This document shows positions 14,114 to 26,517 of a DNA stretch of 64,000 nt, piece after piece. The position numbers were made by a program, and so were the translations under genes. Every line of letters begins with the position of its first letter. Within the stretch, counting starts at the first letter, position 1. This stretch comes from Octopus sinensis. Lineage: Eukaryota. The notes beneath the pieces are model-generated. The model did no database searches, was not told the DNA's origin, and worked only from the letters and a program-made list of their open reading frames with translations. The DNA is taken from assembly GCF_006345805.1 (NCBI RefSeq), contig NC_043026.1:12069579-12133578 (forward strand). The letters are read 5' to 3'.

Positions 14114-15254
14114 GCGTAGTAAGTAGCTTGCTTCCCAACCACATGGTTGCAGGTTTACTCCTACTACAGGGAACCTTGGGCAAGTGTCTTCTACTATAAC
14201 TTTGAGCTGACCAAAGCCTTGTGAGTGGATTTGGTTGGTGGAAACTGTAAGAAGCCAGTCATATACAGGCAAACTCCATGTTTATGAATTAATTCATTCC
14301 TGACTAGAATTGTAAAGAGGAAAATTTATATAATGGAGTATTATCGTCCGTAGAAAACAATGGATATACCTTTAATCGGTTCCCACTAAAGAAGTTGATC
14401 CTTAAACTTTCTAAAGTTGAAAAAAGGGATAAGATAAAAATAATATTCAAGGGTATAAGTTTTTTATTAAATCACAAACTACAGAATAAAAATAGAAAAA
14501 CATAAAATATTAAAAAATCCAACTTATGAAATCTAATTTGTATCCATCAGGTCTGCTGTCACTGGGGCCTCTTGAGTCCGTGTCAGTTTCATTTGTTGAG
14601 TTTCTTCTTGTTTTGATGTTTGACCCACATTAGTTTTCTTTATTAACAAATGTATTTCTTTACTGCCCACAAGGGGCTAAACATAGAGGGGACAAACAAG
14701 AACAGACAAAGGGATTAAGTCGATTACATCGACCCCAGTGCGAAACTGGTACTTATTTAATCGACCCCGAAAGGATGAAAGGCAAAGTCGACCTCGGCGG
14801 AATTTGAACTCGATCTATCGTCAGCCGGTGACTGACTGTCTTGTCAAATTTTTATTTGGATTAACATCATTGTAAACTTTACTCTCCACGTTGTGAACAA
14901 ACATAATTTATTAAGACTACCCACACGCACACATTTTCTTTTTCTGGCCCTGGTTAGTATGTTTCTGCTTAATAATTGTTCCTATCATTCAAACTGGTCC
15001 TTTATTTATTGACCCCGAAAGGATGAAAGGCAAAGTCGACCTCGGCGGAATTTGAACTCAGAACGTAACGACTGACGAAATACGGCTACGCATTTCGCCC
15101 GACGTGCTAACGTTTCTGCCAGCTCACCGCTTTATTAAAAAATGATCTAAAGGTGATTGTTGAAAAGATTTCTTCTCCATTTTACGGTAGATTTCACAAT
15201 AACAAGCATGACCCCTCATTGAATTTGCAGCAACAGCTGAGCTTCGTTCCAAAT

Positions 15255-15770
15255 CTGCAGTTGTCTCTGTTTGTCTGTCATGGACAAGATATCTCAAGAA
15301 CCACTGGATGGATTCAGATGAAACTTTCAGGGATCTTTGGCCTTGTGACTGGCACGAACTGATTAGATTTTGGGATCAATCCAGTACTGGACAAGGATTT
15401 TGGATTATTTATTATACTTACTTTACATGACTACGGTCCTATGTTAACTTTTCTCAATTATCTCCCTTTAGGCTGTAACTATTTTGAATGGTGAATTTAA
15501 CTTTGGCTTGTACTAGATAAGAATTTTTTTTATTACTGTTACTAAATTTTCTACAACCACCTTCACATTCCACGACTATCACTGGAATCAATTAGGTACT
15601 GGTCAAGGATTCTGGATTATTTTAATTTTTGAGAGCTGTTGGGTTCATTTTCAGTATTGTTTGTGAGAGCAGTTGAGTTTATTTCAGATATCCTCATTTG
15701 AAACATCATCTCTGGCCAAACGTTGAGAGGATGTTGGTGTTGCTTTGGCCGAGGTTTGTGCTCTTGAGGT
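15255..15770 (+). mobile_element. Degenerate non-autonomous Helentron/DINE-like element
   Basis: TCTG-rich start, GGATTCAGATGAAACTTTCAGG core and TTGGCCGAGGTTTGTGCTCT 3' motif; recognised by resemblance only. Confidence 0.35.
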
Positions 15771-15979
15771 TTGTACTATTGTCATTACCATCCTTATTAT
15801 TGCTACTCTTAACATCATCACCATCACTACCTGCTCTTGTCATTTACAGTATCGTTTCTATTAGTCGTAACATTAGCCTTACTTTTATCATTATTACATA
15901 TAGCGCACCATCCAAATCGTGGCCGATGCCAGCGCAGCCCTGACTGGCTTCCGTGCCGGCGGCACGTAAAACGCACCAA

Positions 15980-17140
15980 TCCGATCGTGGCCGTTGCCAG
16001 CCTCGCCTGGCACCTGTGCAGGTGGCACGTAAAAAGCACCTACTACACTCACGGAGTGGTTGGCGTTAGGAAGGGCATCCAGCTGTAGAAACACTGCCAG
16101 ATCAGACTGGAGCCTGGTGCAGCCTTCTGGATTCGGAGATCCCCGGTCGAACCATCCAACCCATGCTAGCATGGAAAACGGACGTTAAATGATGGTGATG
16201 ATTCTATTTTGGTCTAGGTCTGTCAGATTTAAGTTTTCTAGTCCCCTTAGTCTATGGGTGCTGCGGGACACTATAATTTGTGCTAGGTTTCTAGTAGTGA
16301 AGTAGGCAAATCTCACAGTGTCAGTTAAGCAATCTCTCACACTTGCTCAAGACAAGGAAATGTTAGTCTAATGCTGCAAAGAATTCCCAGGGAATGTTTG
16401 TAATATTTGGACCCCAAATGGTGCATTGAACCAGATAGTTTCTGTCCTCTTTTGAGCCACATATAATGGCTTGTTTCCTCAACAGCTTGCAACAATTTTC
16501 TGGCCGTTGCCAGCCTCGCCTGGTCCCCATGCCTGTGGCACGTAAAAAGCACCATCCAATCGTGGCCGTTGCCAGCCTCGCCTGGCACCTGTGCAGGTGG
16601 CACGTAGAAAAAAGCACCCACTACACTCATGGAGTGGTTGGCGTTAGGAAGGGCATCCAGCTGTAGAAACACTGCCAGATCAGACTGGAGCCTGGTGCAG
16701 CCTTCTGGATTCGGAGATCCCCGGTCGAACCGTCCAACCCATGCTAGCATGGAGAATGGACGTTAAACAATGATGATGATTCTATTTTGGTCTAGGTCTG
16801 TCAGATTTAAGTTTTCTAGTCCCCTTAGTCTATGGGTGCTGTGGAACACTACAATTTGTGCTAGGGTTCTAGTAGTGAAGTAGGCAAATCTTACAGAGTG
16901 TCAGTTAAGCAATCTCTCACACCTGCTCAAGACAAGGAAATGTTTGCAAAGAATTCCCAGGGAATGTTTGTAATATTTGGACCCCAAACGGAGCATTGAA
17001 CCAGATAGTTTCTGTCCTCTCTTGAGCCACATATAATGGCTTGTTTCCTCAACAGCTTGCAACAATTTTCTGGCCATTGCCACCCTCGCCTGGCTCCCGT
17101 GCCAGTGGCACGTAAAAAGGACCATCCAATCGTGGCTGTT
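15980..17140. repeat. ~580-bp direct tandem duplication (RTE UTR fragment plus spacer)
   Basis: 16200-16510 is near-identical to 16779-17080; the flanking RTE UTR pieces also repeat. Confidence 0.8.
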
Positions 17141-17549
17141 TGCCAGCCTCGTCTGGCACGTAAAAAGCACCCACTACACTCATGGAGTGGTTGGCGTTAG
17201 GAAGGGCATCCAGCTGTAGAAACATTGCCAGATCAGACTGGGCCTGGTGCAGCCTTCTGGCTTCCCAGACCCCAGTTGAACCGTCCAACCCATGCTAGTA
17301 TGGAAAGCGGACGCTAAACAAAGATGATGATCTTTTGTCTTTATCACAGCTAGCTCTGACGAAATCATCATCAATGCTCCCTTGGTTATACCACAATATG
17401 TTCCAGGCCTAATGGGCAATTGGAGAGTATGTGCCTCATCATTTCAGCCTTTTCGCATTTGCACATACCACTCACCTCTATGTCACAATGCTTTACATTT
17501 GTAGGTCTACGAAGCATGTCGTAGGAAGAGTGAATCCGATTAAATTAAC

Positions 17550-17715
17550 CAGACATCACAATGATATGGCCTTTCTGTGAATTGTTAGTACACCATTTTG
17601 AGGGAATGATTTACCACAGACATCACAATAATATGGTTTCTCTCTGGTGTGAATACGTTGGTTCTTACTTAAAATTTCATTTTCAGAAGTCTTTGATATC
17701 AGGCACTGGATAATC
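17550..17715 (-). pseudogene. C2H2 zinc-finger gene fragment
   Basis: [28 protein letters not shown], then frameshifted remains of the next finger. Confidence 0.7.
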
Positions 17716-18174
17716 TGAAATAATAAATAATATAAGATATAGAGCAAACACAAAAAGTAGAGATACGAGAATATATTACTACATTTTTAGGACAATAAAC
17801 TGTTGAAATAAATATTAATCTGAACAACTGAACATCATTTTTTAAAATTTGTTATCAAAATTGTGTGAAACCAGCATATTTGTAGACTATAACTTCTCTT
17901 TCAGACTGTGCAGCATTCAATGTCATTTTAAAATCCACTTTTTCATACTCGCATGAGTGTGTATATGCACGATTACAAAAATAAATAAGATAAAGACAGT
18001 CCAGCAGTGACTATCAAATCAAATCAATATGTATTTTTATAAACAAAGAAAAATACTGTTCCCTTAAAAGGCATGACTTCAGGATCACTTGACTGCTATT
18101 TCTAGTAAGTTAAGCGACTCTAGAGAGGCCTTCCTTTTATAGTTTGGAGTAAACTTAGTTGCTTAGTCTCAGAT

Positions 18175-18530
18175 CAGGGTCCGATTAAGTTGCCAGGAGT
18201 CTGGTTTGGTCCGGACCTCCAAATAGAAAAGAACTGGGCTGAAGTATCGAGCAAGGTAACCCACATAGTCAAGACCTGGTCTTGGTGGTGGCCAATGTGT
18301 TCATCGCATCGGTCATCACCTACCGCCTTTCCCTGCCCTGTATCATGGTTAATCAACCTGGAAAGACAGCTCTTCCACTTCTTGTGGAGTGACTCCAAAC
18401 CGCTCTGTTTGCTGCCATCAGCCGTTAAAGAGTGGACTAGGGAAACCATGGCTGTTGATGCGCAGGGGTTGAGGCATCTGCGGCCCCACCTGGATGGTGA
18501 ACATGTGTGGGTCTCTGTTTGCAAAAAAGT
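18175..18530 (+). mobile_element. L1/Tx1-like LINE RT C-terminal fragment (deleted)
   Basis: PIKLPGVWFGPDLQIEKNW...W...LERQLFHFLW resembles the LG..F / F.F.W motifs after the RT domain of L1/Tx1 elements. Confidence 0.6.
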
Positions 18531-19343
18531 TCACTAGTTTCGGTGGACGGGAAATCTGGTTCTATCGTAGATCGAAGTCCGGGTACATGGTTACATATAG
18601 CTGTGTATATAAATGGTACTACTAGCGAACAGTGGTCCCGGTGCGCGCATGCAAAGGAATGGATTCGCCCATGCGCGATACAAGTTTGTATCACACGTGG
18701 TAAATAATTTTAAAAACTAAGTAAATAAATGATTTTTTAAAACAATGTATATAATAAATTAGGGTTAGGGAAGTTTTTTAGTCTCTCCCTGCAAGTAGTT
18801 TTTTTAAATAAAGCAAATAAAGGTAACACAATACCTGTTATTGGTGGTAACTTGTCACATCTTTATGGTTTGTTTTTCAAACAGCATCCAACGGTTTTTT
18901 AAACAGTATTCGATGGCTTTTTTAACCAGTGGCAATCTGTGGAAGTTTTCCTTGCCTTTTTCCAGTCCTTCCTTGCTCGATACCGAATCCCTTCTAGAGA
19001 GAAAGGCAACGAAAACTACAGAAGGGAAGGAAGATTGGCGGAAAATTCAACTTTCAAGAACGATATCCAAATTGTACCTGTTAATTACACAGCTGTTGTC
19101 ATGGCAAATAAAGAGATTTTCAATACTACAAGGTTTTTGCAATTCGTTTGAAAATGCCGAGAGTCGTTAATTAATACTGGAAGAACGCAACATATAATAT
19201 TCAAAATGATAAAAACGAAACAATAAAAAAGGGTGTGTGTGTGTTTTATGGACAAAGAAATGAACAATCAACATTAGATTGTATATTCTTGCCACAACTG
19301 AATTTATCAGACAATGTTGTAGATTAAAGTGTGGCCACATTAA

Positions 19344-19428
19344 CCCTTTTTTTGATAACGACCCCTGGCTTTGAAACCGCCACTGGCTATTTGTTTTCAA
19401 AACTTTTGAATTAAAATCTTCCACCAAT
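19344..19428. mobile_element. piggyBac-type MITE, left end only
   Basis: TTAA-CCCTTT start; similar to 47291-47380. Confidence 0.55.
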
Positions 19429-19438
19429 CAATAAAATG

Positions 19439-20329
19439 TTACTGAAATGTGAACTTTTCTGAAATATGCTTCAAAATATTTTCAAAACATTCATTTCCAG
19501 TTCTGCCGTATTGCTCTCGCCAAAGAAATTCGTTCAGATATGATTCAACCATTTCCGTGTCCCTCCCCATTATATTCTTAAAACATTGCTTCGCCCTTCT
19601 CCAATAACATTCCAGCGTATTGGTATCAAGATCAGTTTTTGCAGGGTCGACGCAATTTTCGGTTTGGTTCGCCACGGAAAGAATATATTTTGGCGTCACA
19701 TTTATTTCACTGATCCTGTTGGACGCACTACAACGATTAGAATGTATGGTGGTCCCTGGTTTGATATATTTCTTAATAAGGAATAGAAGGGTTTCAGGAG
19801 CACAGTCAGGTACAAATGCTAAAAACCCTATTTTGTCATCCCTATCCCATCCTCCAAAAACCCACCTCTCCTGTGACATTCTACCCCTTTTGTACTTTCG
19901 CTTGCACATCATAGGTTCGTCTATTTCTACTATGTGCCCGGGTCCACCAATTTGGTAGGGGTTACGCACGAAATAATCGCTTGTGATGTCCCTCATGTAC
20001 TGGTACCACTGAGTCACGGTAGATATTGATAGACCGACCAACTCGGACGTTAAAAGCACGGTTGTGTTTCGGGACCAGAGGTATGTGAGAAGGATAAAGT
20101 CCTGTAGTCGCAGTTTGGAATACTCCAGAAACGAAGACTTTCTAATGGATTCTTTTTCGCCTTTATGGGCCGAGCAACGAAAGATCTTCACGTCCTTATT
20201 CTTGATCAGGGACATTTCCTTCTGGCAATGCAAACATCGGGGAGCAACGTTGTTAAGGACTTTCTTCTCCTTCAGAAAGGAATAAGCTGCCTCAAAATCT
20301 TGAATGTAAGGCATTATATCGTAAAACAT
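19439..20329 (-). CDS. Merlin/IS1595 (ISXO2-like) DDE transposase-derived protein, ~296 aa, second catalytic Asp replaced by Asn
   Basis: N-terminal CxxC...CxxH zinc ribbon, HTH-like segment, IGGPGHIVEIDE..KRKYKRGR..WVFGG, PGTTIHSN (family consensus SD), TNTLE, SYLNEFLWR; no stops or frameshifts; first ATG at 20329. Confidence 0.9.
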   Translation of the reverse strand: MFYDIMPYIQDFEAAYSFLKEKKVLNNVAPRCLHCQKEMSLIKNKDVKIFRCSAHKGEKESIRKSSFLEYSKLRLQDFILLTYLWSRNTTVLLTSELVGLSISTVTQWYQYMRDITSDYFVRNPYQIGGPGHIVEIDEPMMCKRKYKRGRMSQERWVFGGWDRDDKIGFLAFVPDCAPETLLFLIKKYIKPGTTIHSNRCSASNRISEINVTPKYILSVANQTENCVDPAKTDLDTNTLECYWRRAKQCFKNIMGRDTEMVESYLNEFLWREQYGRTGNECFENILKHISEKFTFQ

Positions 20330-20354
20330 TTTAGGAAATTCAATCACCAATTAT

Positions 20355-20532
20355 CGCACGTCCAGAAAATTCAAGCGATCTGCTCACCACAAGGTTTTTC
20401 GTAGAAATGATCCGTTTTGCCGCGCGCTCGCGCGCAAATCAGTGGTAACATGTGCGCATGCGCGAGCGCGCTCTCCTGAACCGTTCTCCGTAGGTATTAC
20501 CTCGCTTACGGTACTTATACCGAAGGATCGCC
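20355..20532 (-). promoter_or_regulatory. CpG-rich putative promoter of the Merlin-derived ORF, ending in a TIR-like remnant
   Basis: Local CpG cluster (GCGCGCTCGCGCGC; TGCGCATGCGCG, NRF1-like) in AT-rich DNA; CGAAGGATCGCC at 20521-20532 matches the MITE end CGAAAGATCGCC at 11/12. Confidence 0.45.
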
Positions 20533-20561
20533 TTCGCATGACCACAGCCAAATGAGTGTTG

Positions 20562-20598
<37 letters not shown>

Positions 20599-20626
20599 AT
20601 ATATATGTACATATATATATTCATAT

Positions 20627-21035
20627 TGCAATCTTTCGTCTCTAGTAGACCTTTCCGTCGATTTCCGTAAAAATTTTTTTTTTTTTTACATATGGGCTTG
20701 CGGGAACTTTTGAAGTAATGAGAGCGAAAGAGACTAAGACGAGGGAAGTTCTTTTGAGGTTACCGTGCATGGGAAGCATTGATGTACATGTGTGTGTGTG
20801 TGTGTGTTTGATGGGGTGTGGGAGACAGACAGTATGTTGTGTAAGTGAAGTGCTTCTGTTAGTGTGTGTGAAGAGACAGAGTAATGTGTGAAAGAAAGAG
20901 ATAACTGAAATTTTTTACTCGGTGTATGTGTATATGTATGTATATTACTTCAAAAGTTCCCGCAAGCCCATGTGTAAAAAAAAAAAATTTTTTACGGAAA
21001 TCGACGGAAAGGTCTACTAGAGACGAAAGATCGCC
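20627..21035. mobile_element. Third copy of the long-TIR (Merlin-like) MITE
   Basis: Same TIRs and core as 5134-5559 with a small internal deletion. Confidence 0.8.
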
Positions 21036-21384
21036 ATATATTTATATATATATATATATATATGTTCATTTATATATTTATATATATATATATATGTGTG
21101 TACATATATGTATGAGTTCCTTTCGAGAGTTGGGCCTCACGGAGGCTTTTATGTACTACTGGCACCCAGTAGATTCTCAGACAGGTTTGGCGTTAAGAAG
21201 GCCGTAAAAAACCATGCCAAATCAGACTGGAGTCTGGAGCAGCCTTCCAGCGTGCCAGCCCAGTCAAACCATCCAACCCATGCCAGCATGGACAAAAGAT
21301 GTTAAATGATGATGATATATATGTGTGTGTGTGCACGTATGTATGTGTGTTCATGTGTGCACACACACACACAAACGTGTTTGT

Positions 21385-22305
21385 ATAGGAGTGGCTGTGT
21401 AGTAAGAAGCTTGCTTACCAACCACATGGTTCCGGGTTCAGTCCCACTGCGTAGCACCTTGGGCAAGTGTCTTCTGCTATAGCCTCGGGCCGACCAAAGC
21501 CTTGTGAGTGGATTTGGAAGACGGAAACTGAAAGAAGCTCGTCGTATATATGTATATATCTATATATATAAAACTGTAGTTGTGTGAGTGTCTGTCCCCT
21601 TCGATTTAGATTCCTAACTACTCCCACATTTTGCGGTGCAGTTTAACCAAATTCGGGTATCTTATAGTCGTGATTAATATCGAGCCCGTCTGGCTATTAG
21701 CACGCGTCTACGATGAGTCTACGATTTTAAAAATAACTTAACATCATTTTTTATTCCATTTTAATGCATATTTTTTCGTGTGTCGATGGCGGTGGAGTTG
21801 GCGTCCATGGTCACACCTGCACCTGTTTGCTTCTCCCCCTTCTTCCCTCCCTCGTGAAGCTGTGGGGAAGGGAGTGTAAGGAAATCAACGTCGTAAAGCG
21901 TTGTCAAGGAGACCAGCGTTCTTTTAGAACAACGACTTCATGGCTTGAAGACACCAAAACAGAAATGGCTAAGAAAGCCCGAATTGGCATCTATAAGGGA
22001 AGTAACTCTCTAAAGATGCTTATATAGTTATTTCCCTTACAAACCCGAGCGACGCTGGGCGATACTGCTAGTATATATATATGTGTGTGTGTGTGCATGT
22101 ATGTTTGTGTGTCTGTGTTTGTCCCCCTAGCGTTGCTTGGCAACCGATGCTGGTGTGTTTACGTCACCGTCACTTAGCGGTTCGGCAAAAGAGACCGATA
22201 GAATAAGTACTGGGCTTACAAAAGAATAAGTCCCGGGGTCGAGTTGCTCGACTAAAGGCGGTGCACCAGCATGGCCGCAGTCAAATGACTGAAACAAGTT
22301 AAAAA
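21385..22305 (+). mobile_element. SINE family A interrupted by a Helitron
   Basis: Head at 21385-21545; body and tail resume at ~22075. Confidence 0.8.
21559..22071 (+). mobile_element. Non-autonomous Helitron
   Basis: A|TC start, subterminal hairpin CCCGAGCGACGCTGGG, CTAG|T end, no TSD. Confidence 0.75.
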
Positions 22306-22597
22306 ATAAATAAATAAATACATATAAATACACACATTCACACACATAAAACATCAATAATAAACACACAAGCATCAGCATAAACAAATACACACACCAA
22401 CACACAGCTTCCAATGTCAACACCGAAAGGTCCACGTGGCTGCTCGATCTGTTAGAAATAGTAATCAATATTGCCTCGAATCACATCATAAGACAGACTG
22501 GCGAAGCTTAAAATTCATCTGATTGGGGGTCTACGTAACCAAGCCTGACCAAGCAACAAACAATAACAGCCCTTGTACCCCTTTCTCTCTCTCCCTC

Positions 22598-22635
<38 letters not shown>

Positions 22636-22732
22636 TGTTTCAGTCATTTGATTGAGGCCATGCTGGAGCACCACCTTGTATATATATATATATATATATG
22701 TTGGAAGGTTTGGAGATGATGTACAGGTATTA

Positions 22733-23005
22733 TATATTAGAAGAAATGAGGTACTCAGAAGATCGGATGGTTTATATTTACAGATATTTATTTATATATT
22801 ACATTTTTTACATATATATATCATATCATTCAGATCATTAGTGCTTTCTCCCATTCTAGTGGGGTTTTCAAAAAAAAAAAAAAAAAAACCACTAGAATGA
22901 GAGAAAGCGCTAATGATCTGAATGATATGATATATATATGTAAAAAATGTAATATATAAATAAATATCTGTAAATATAAACCATCCGATCTGATTACCTC
23001 ATTTC

Positions 23006-23015
<10 letters not shown>
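22733..23015. repeat. Long inverted repeat (~135-bp arms, poly-A loop) between (TA)n tracts
   Basis: 22733-22867 is the near-perfect reverse complement of 22884-23015. Confidence 0.85.
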
Positions 23016-23055
<40 letters not shown>

Positions 23056-23291
23056 AATTGAGATGGGGTTGTAAATGCAACCCTGCATGGATAACATATA
23101 TCCAATATACTGCTAGTGAGGTACCCAACAAAGTTAATACATAAATGTTAAGGATTGCGATGCAATCAATTCATTTACTGTATTATATGGGCAAAGGTAA
23201 AATGATTTACCACAAATTACTAATACAAGATAAGAAAATGGAGAAATACATCTAAATCAAATATCAATTACCAGATAATACTCAATCACAT

Positions 23292-23678
23292 GTGGAGGCG
23301 CAATGGCCCAGAGGTTAGGGTAGCGGACTCGCAGTCATAGGATCGTGGTTTCGATTCCCAGACCGGGCGTTGTGAGTGTTTATTGAGCGAAAACAGCTAA
23401 AAGCTCCACGAGGCTCCGGCAGGGGATGGTGGTGATTCCTGCTGTACTCTTTCACCACAACTTTCTCTCACTCTTACTTCCTGTTTCTGTTGTACCTGTA
23501 TTTCAAAGGGCCAGCCTTGTCACTCTCTGTGTCACGCTGAATATCCCCGAGAACTATGTTAAGGGTGCATGTGTCTGTGGAGTGCTCAGCCACTTACACC
23601 TTAATTTCACGAGCAGGCTGTTCCGTTGATTCGGATCAACCGGAACCCTCGTCGTCGTAACCGACGGAGTGCTTCCCT
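23292..23678 (+). mobile_element. tRNA-derived SINE family B
   Basis: GTGGAGGCGCAATGGCCCAGAGGTTAGG...GGTTTCGATTCC head; relatives at 28069-28322(+), 46554-46845(+), 50750-50860(-), 61507-61869(-) and 62030-62316(-). Confidence 0.8.
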
Positions 23679-24190
23679 TACTCAATCACATACTTTATTA
23701 AACCACCACATAAGAGACTATAGGGTTACATATAAAAAGCAGAACAAATCAGTGTACATACAGTAGTGTACATAAAAAAGTGTACATAAAAGAGTAATGA
23801 TGTATAATAAGTAGAATATATATAAAAGAGAATACAAATATAAGTAAATATAAATATAATATAGTACATTATTTCCTCTTTGTGAATATTCTTCATAATC
23901 TGAAATATAATAAATCTGGTTTATTTTTAAATTACATCCCTATCATTTGATTTATAGAACAGCCAAAAATTGTCATGATCCAACTGTAAACTATATAATT
24001 CACACAATTGATCAATGTATGATAAGAATTACACACTTCTCTAATCTACACTTCTCTAACTGCTTAGTTTGAAATTTACAATGAGAGGTTGCTATGAAGT
24101 GAATTGGAAATGAAAGATAACTGGACGTTGATAAAGCATGTTGCCAAGTAATTCACTGATTATATATAACAGTTTAAAAATCTTATATTA

Positions 24191-24960
24191 GGCGCAGGAG
24201 AGGCTGTGTGGTAAGTAGCTTGCTAACCAATCACATGTTGCCAAGTAATTCACTGGTAAGTAGCTTGCTAACCAATCACATGTTGCCAAGTAATTCACTG
24301 GTAAGTAGCTTGCTAACCAACCGCATGTTGCCAAGTAATTCTATGGTAAGTAGCTTGCTAACCAACCACATGTTGCCAAGTAATTCACTGGGTTCAGTCC
24401 CACTGCATGGCACCTTGGGCAAGTGTCTTCTGCTATAGCCTCGGGCCGACCAAAGCCTTGTGAGTCGATTTGGTAGATGGAAACTGAAAGAAGCCTGTCG
24501 TATATATGTGTGTGTGTGTGTGTCTGTGTTTGTCCCCCTAGCATTGCTCGACAACCGATGCTGGTGTGTTTACGTCCCCATCACTTAGCAGTTCAGCAAA
24601 AGACTCTGATAGAATAAGTACTGGGCTTACAAAGATGCGTGGCATCTTGGGCAAGTGTCTTCTGCTATAGCCTCGGGCCGACCAAAGCCTTGTGAGTGGA
24701 TTTGGTAGACGGAAACTGAAAGAAGCCTGTCATATATATGTATATATATATAAGTGTTTGTGTCTGTGTTTGTCCCCCTAGCATTGCTCGACAACCGATG
24801 CTGGTGTGTTTACATCCCCATCACTTAGCGGTTTGGCAAAAGAGACCGATAGAATAAGTACTGGGCTTACAAAAGAATAAGTCCCTGGGGTCGATATGCT
24901 CGATTAAAGGCGGTGCTCCGGCATGGCCGCAGTCAAATGGATGAAACAAGTAAAAGAGAA
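24191..24960 (+). mobile_element. SINE family A with a 45-bp x4 expansion in the head and an internal duplication
   Basis: GTAAGTAGCTTGCTAACCAA...GTAATTCACTG at 24211, 24256, 24301 and 24346; body repeated at 24410-24633 and 24640-24870. Confidence 0.8.
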
Positions 24961-25411
24961 AAAAAAAAAGAAAAGATATGTGTGTGTGGATGTGTGTGTG
25001 CGTGTATATGCAAGAAAGGGGGCCTCACTTCAGTCATGAATGATCATAGGATTGCACCTAGAGAGTTACCCTCCGAGACAAAAGTCTGGGCTAGGTCGTT
25101 TATGGAAGACCAGCAATCACCCATGCATACCAGCTTCCTTTCTCCACACCACCAATATTGTCCAAGGGAAAGGCAAGGGCCGATACAGCTTGGCACCAGT
25201 GACGTCGCAACTCATTTCTACGGCTGAGTGAACTGGAGCAACGTGAAATAACGTGTCTTGCTCAAGAACACAACACAGAGCTTGGTCCGGGAATTGAGCT
25301 CACTACCTCATGGTTGTGATCTCAACACTGTAACCACTGAGCCATGCACCGTTATTTATATATATATATATATATAACACATATATATATACACACATAT
25401 ATATATCATAC

Positions 25412-25466
<55 letters not shown>

Positions 25467-25539
25467 ATACATATGTATATATAATATATATACATATATA
25501 TAATATATATACATATATATATATATATACATATATATA

Positions 25540-25579
<40 letters not shown>

Positions 25580-25597
25580 TATATATATATATATATA

Positions 25598-25727
25598 TAC
25601 TAAGCAATAAGGGTTTAGCAACGAATTGCCTTACCACATCCGAATTTAGAAATAGCACTCTTTGACTGCTATTTCTAATTCGGTATGTGGTAAGGCAATT
25701 CGTTGCTAAACCCTTTATTGCTTAGTA
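25598..25727. repeat. Inverted repeat (~60-bp arms) in a (TA)n-inserted element
   Basis: TAAGCAATAAGGGTTTAGCAACG...AATAGCA mirrored by TGCTATT...CCCTTTATTGCTTAG. Confidence 0.8.
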
Positions 25728-25830
25728 TTACTTACTTAATTTTCCTCGAATGAGGCTTTTACATGCCGAAGACTACTTGGTGTAATTGATAATTATTCCA
25801 AATTAATTAATTTCACCCTTCATTATTATT

Positions 25831-25862
<32 letters not shown>

Positions 25863-25988
25863 GTGGACGTAAATATATATATATATATATATACTAACAA
25901 TATAGGATGAAGTCCCTTTCTCTACAGAAAAGGATTCCATCAAAAAGCGTGGCAGTATATTAAAAAAAACCTTTACGGTTGAAGTAAA

Positions 25989-26183
25989 ACATCTTATAAT
26001 TAAGGGCTAAAGAGGGTTATTCTAAAGCCAATACCACTGATTTATCCACTTATAATCCACTTGTTACAGGAAAATTGAACTGAAAGCGGGCAACTACCTT
26101 TAGTTGCCCGCTTCAGTTCAATTTTCCTGTAACAAGTGGATTATAAGTGGATAATCAGTGTATAGCCCTTAATTATAAGATGT
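25989..26183. repeat. Inverted repeat (~62-bp inner plus ~20-bp outer arms) in a (TA)n-inserted element
   Basis: 26035-26096 pairs with 26101-26160; 25989-26009 pairs with 26163-26183. Confidence 0.8.
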
Positions 26184-26188
26184 ATATA

Positions 26189-26228
<40 letters not shown>

Positions 26229-26438
26229 TGAAATAGAAAGATGAATAATCTTGTTGCAGATTAATCAAAAGTTTAACCGATACCTTGGTAGCAAAAATCA
26301 CAGCAGAAGACAGCACGGTTGGAGGTACAACCATATGGTGTTGCAACCATGCGTTGGTGCGGATATTGAATTTTAATATTATTAGTGAATTGAAGAAATG
26401 GAGTTGAACGAAGATTGAACAGAAATCGTTTTATTGCA

Positions 26439-26517
26439 TTCTACACGTGTTTCGAAAGCTACAATTTACCAAATTCCGATTGAATAGGAGGCCATATTGT
26501 GTCTTCCTCTTCAGGAA
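26439..26517 (-). ncRNA. Type-I hammerhead ribozyme motif (canonical CUGAAGA core, long stem II)
   Basis: Minus strand: UUC-CUGAAGA-GGAAGACACAAU...AUUGUAGCUUUC-GAAA-CACGUG-UA-GAA; palindromic stem III as in Penelope-type hammerheads; stem I short. Confidence 0.7.

Noticed and set aside
22699-23130. Possible solo LTR (TGTTGG...CCAACA)
   Set aside because: No TSD, PBS or PPT found and the interior is rearranged; not supportable.
23292-23366. tRNA-like A/B-box sequences
   Set aside because: They continue directly into SINE bodies; SINE heads, not tRNA genes.
25745-25790. Hammerhead-like GAATGA-GGC...GCC-GAAG (similar weak case at ~53507-53545, minus strand)
   Set aside because: Core and stems I/III too degenerate to call.
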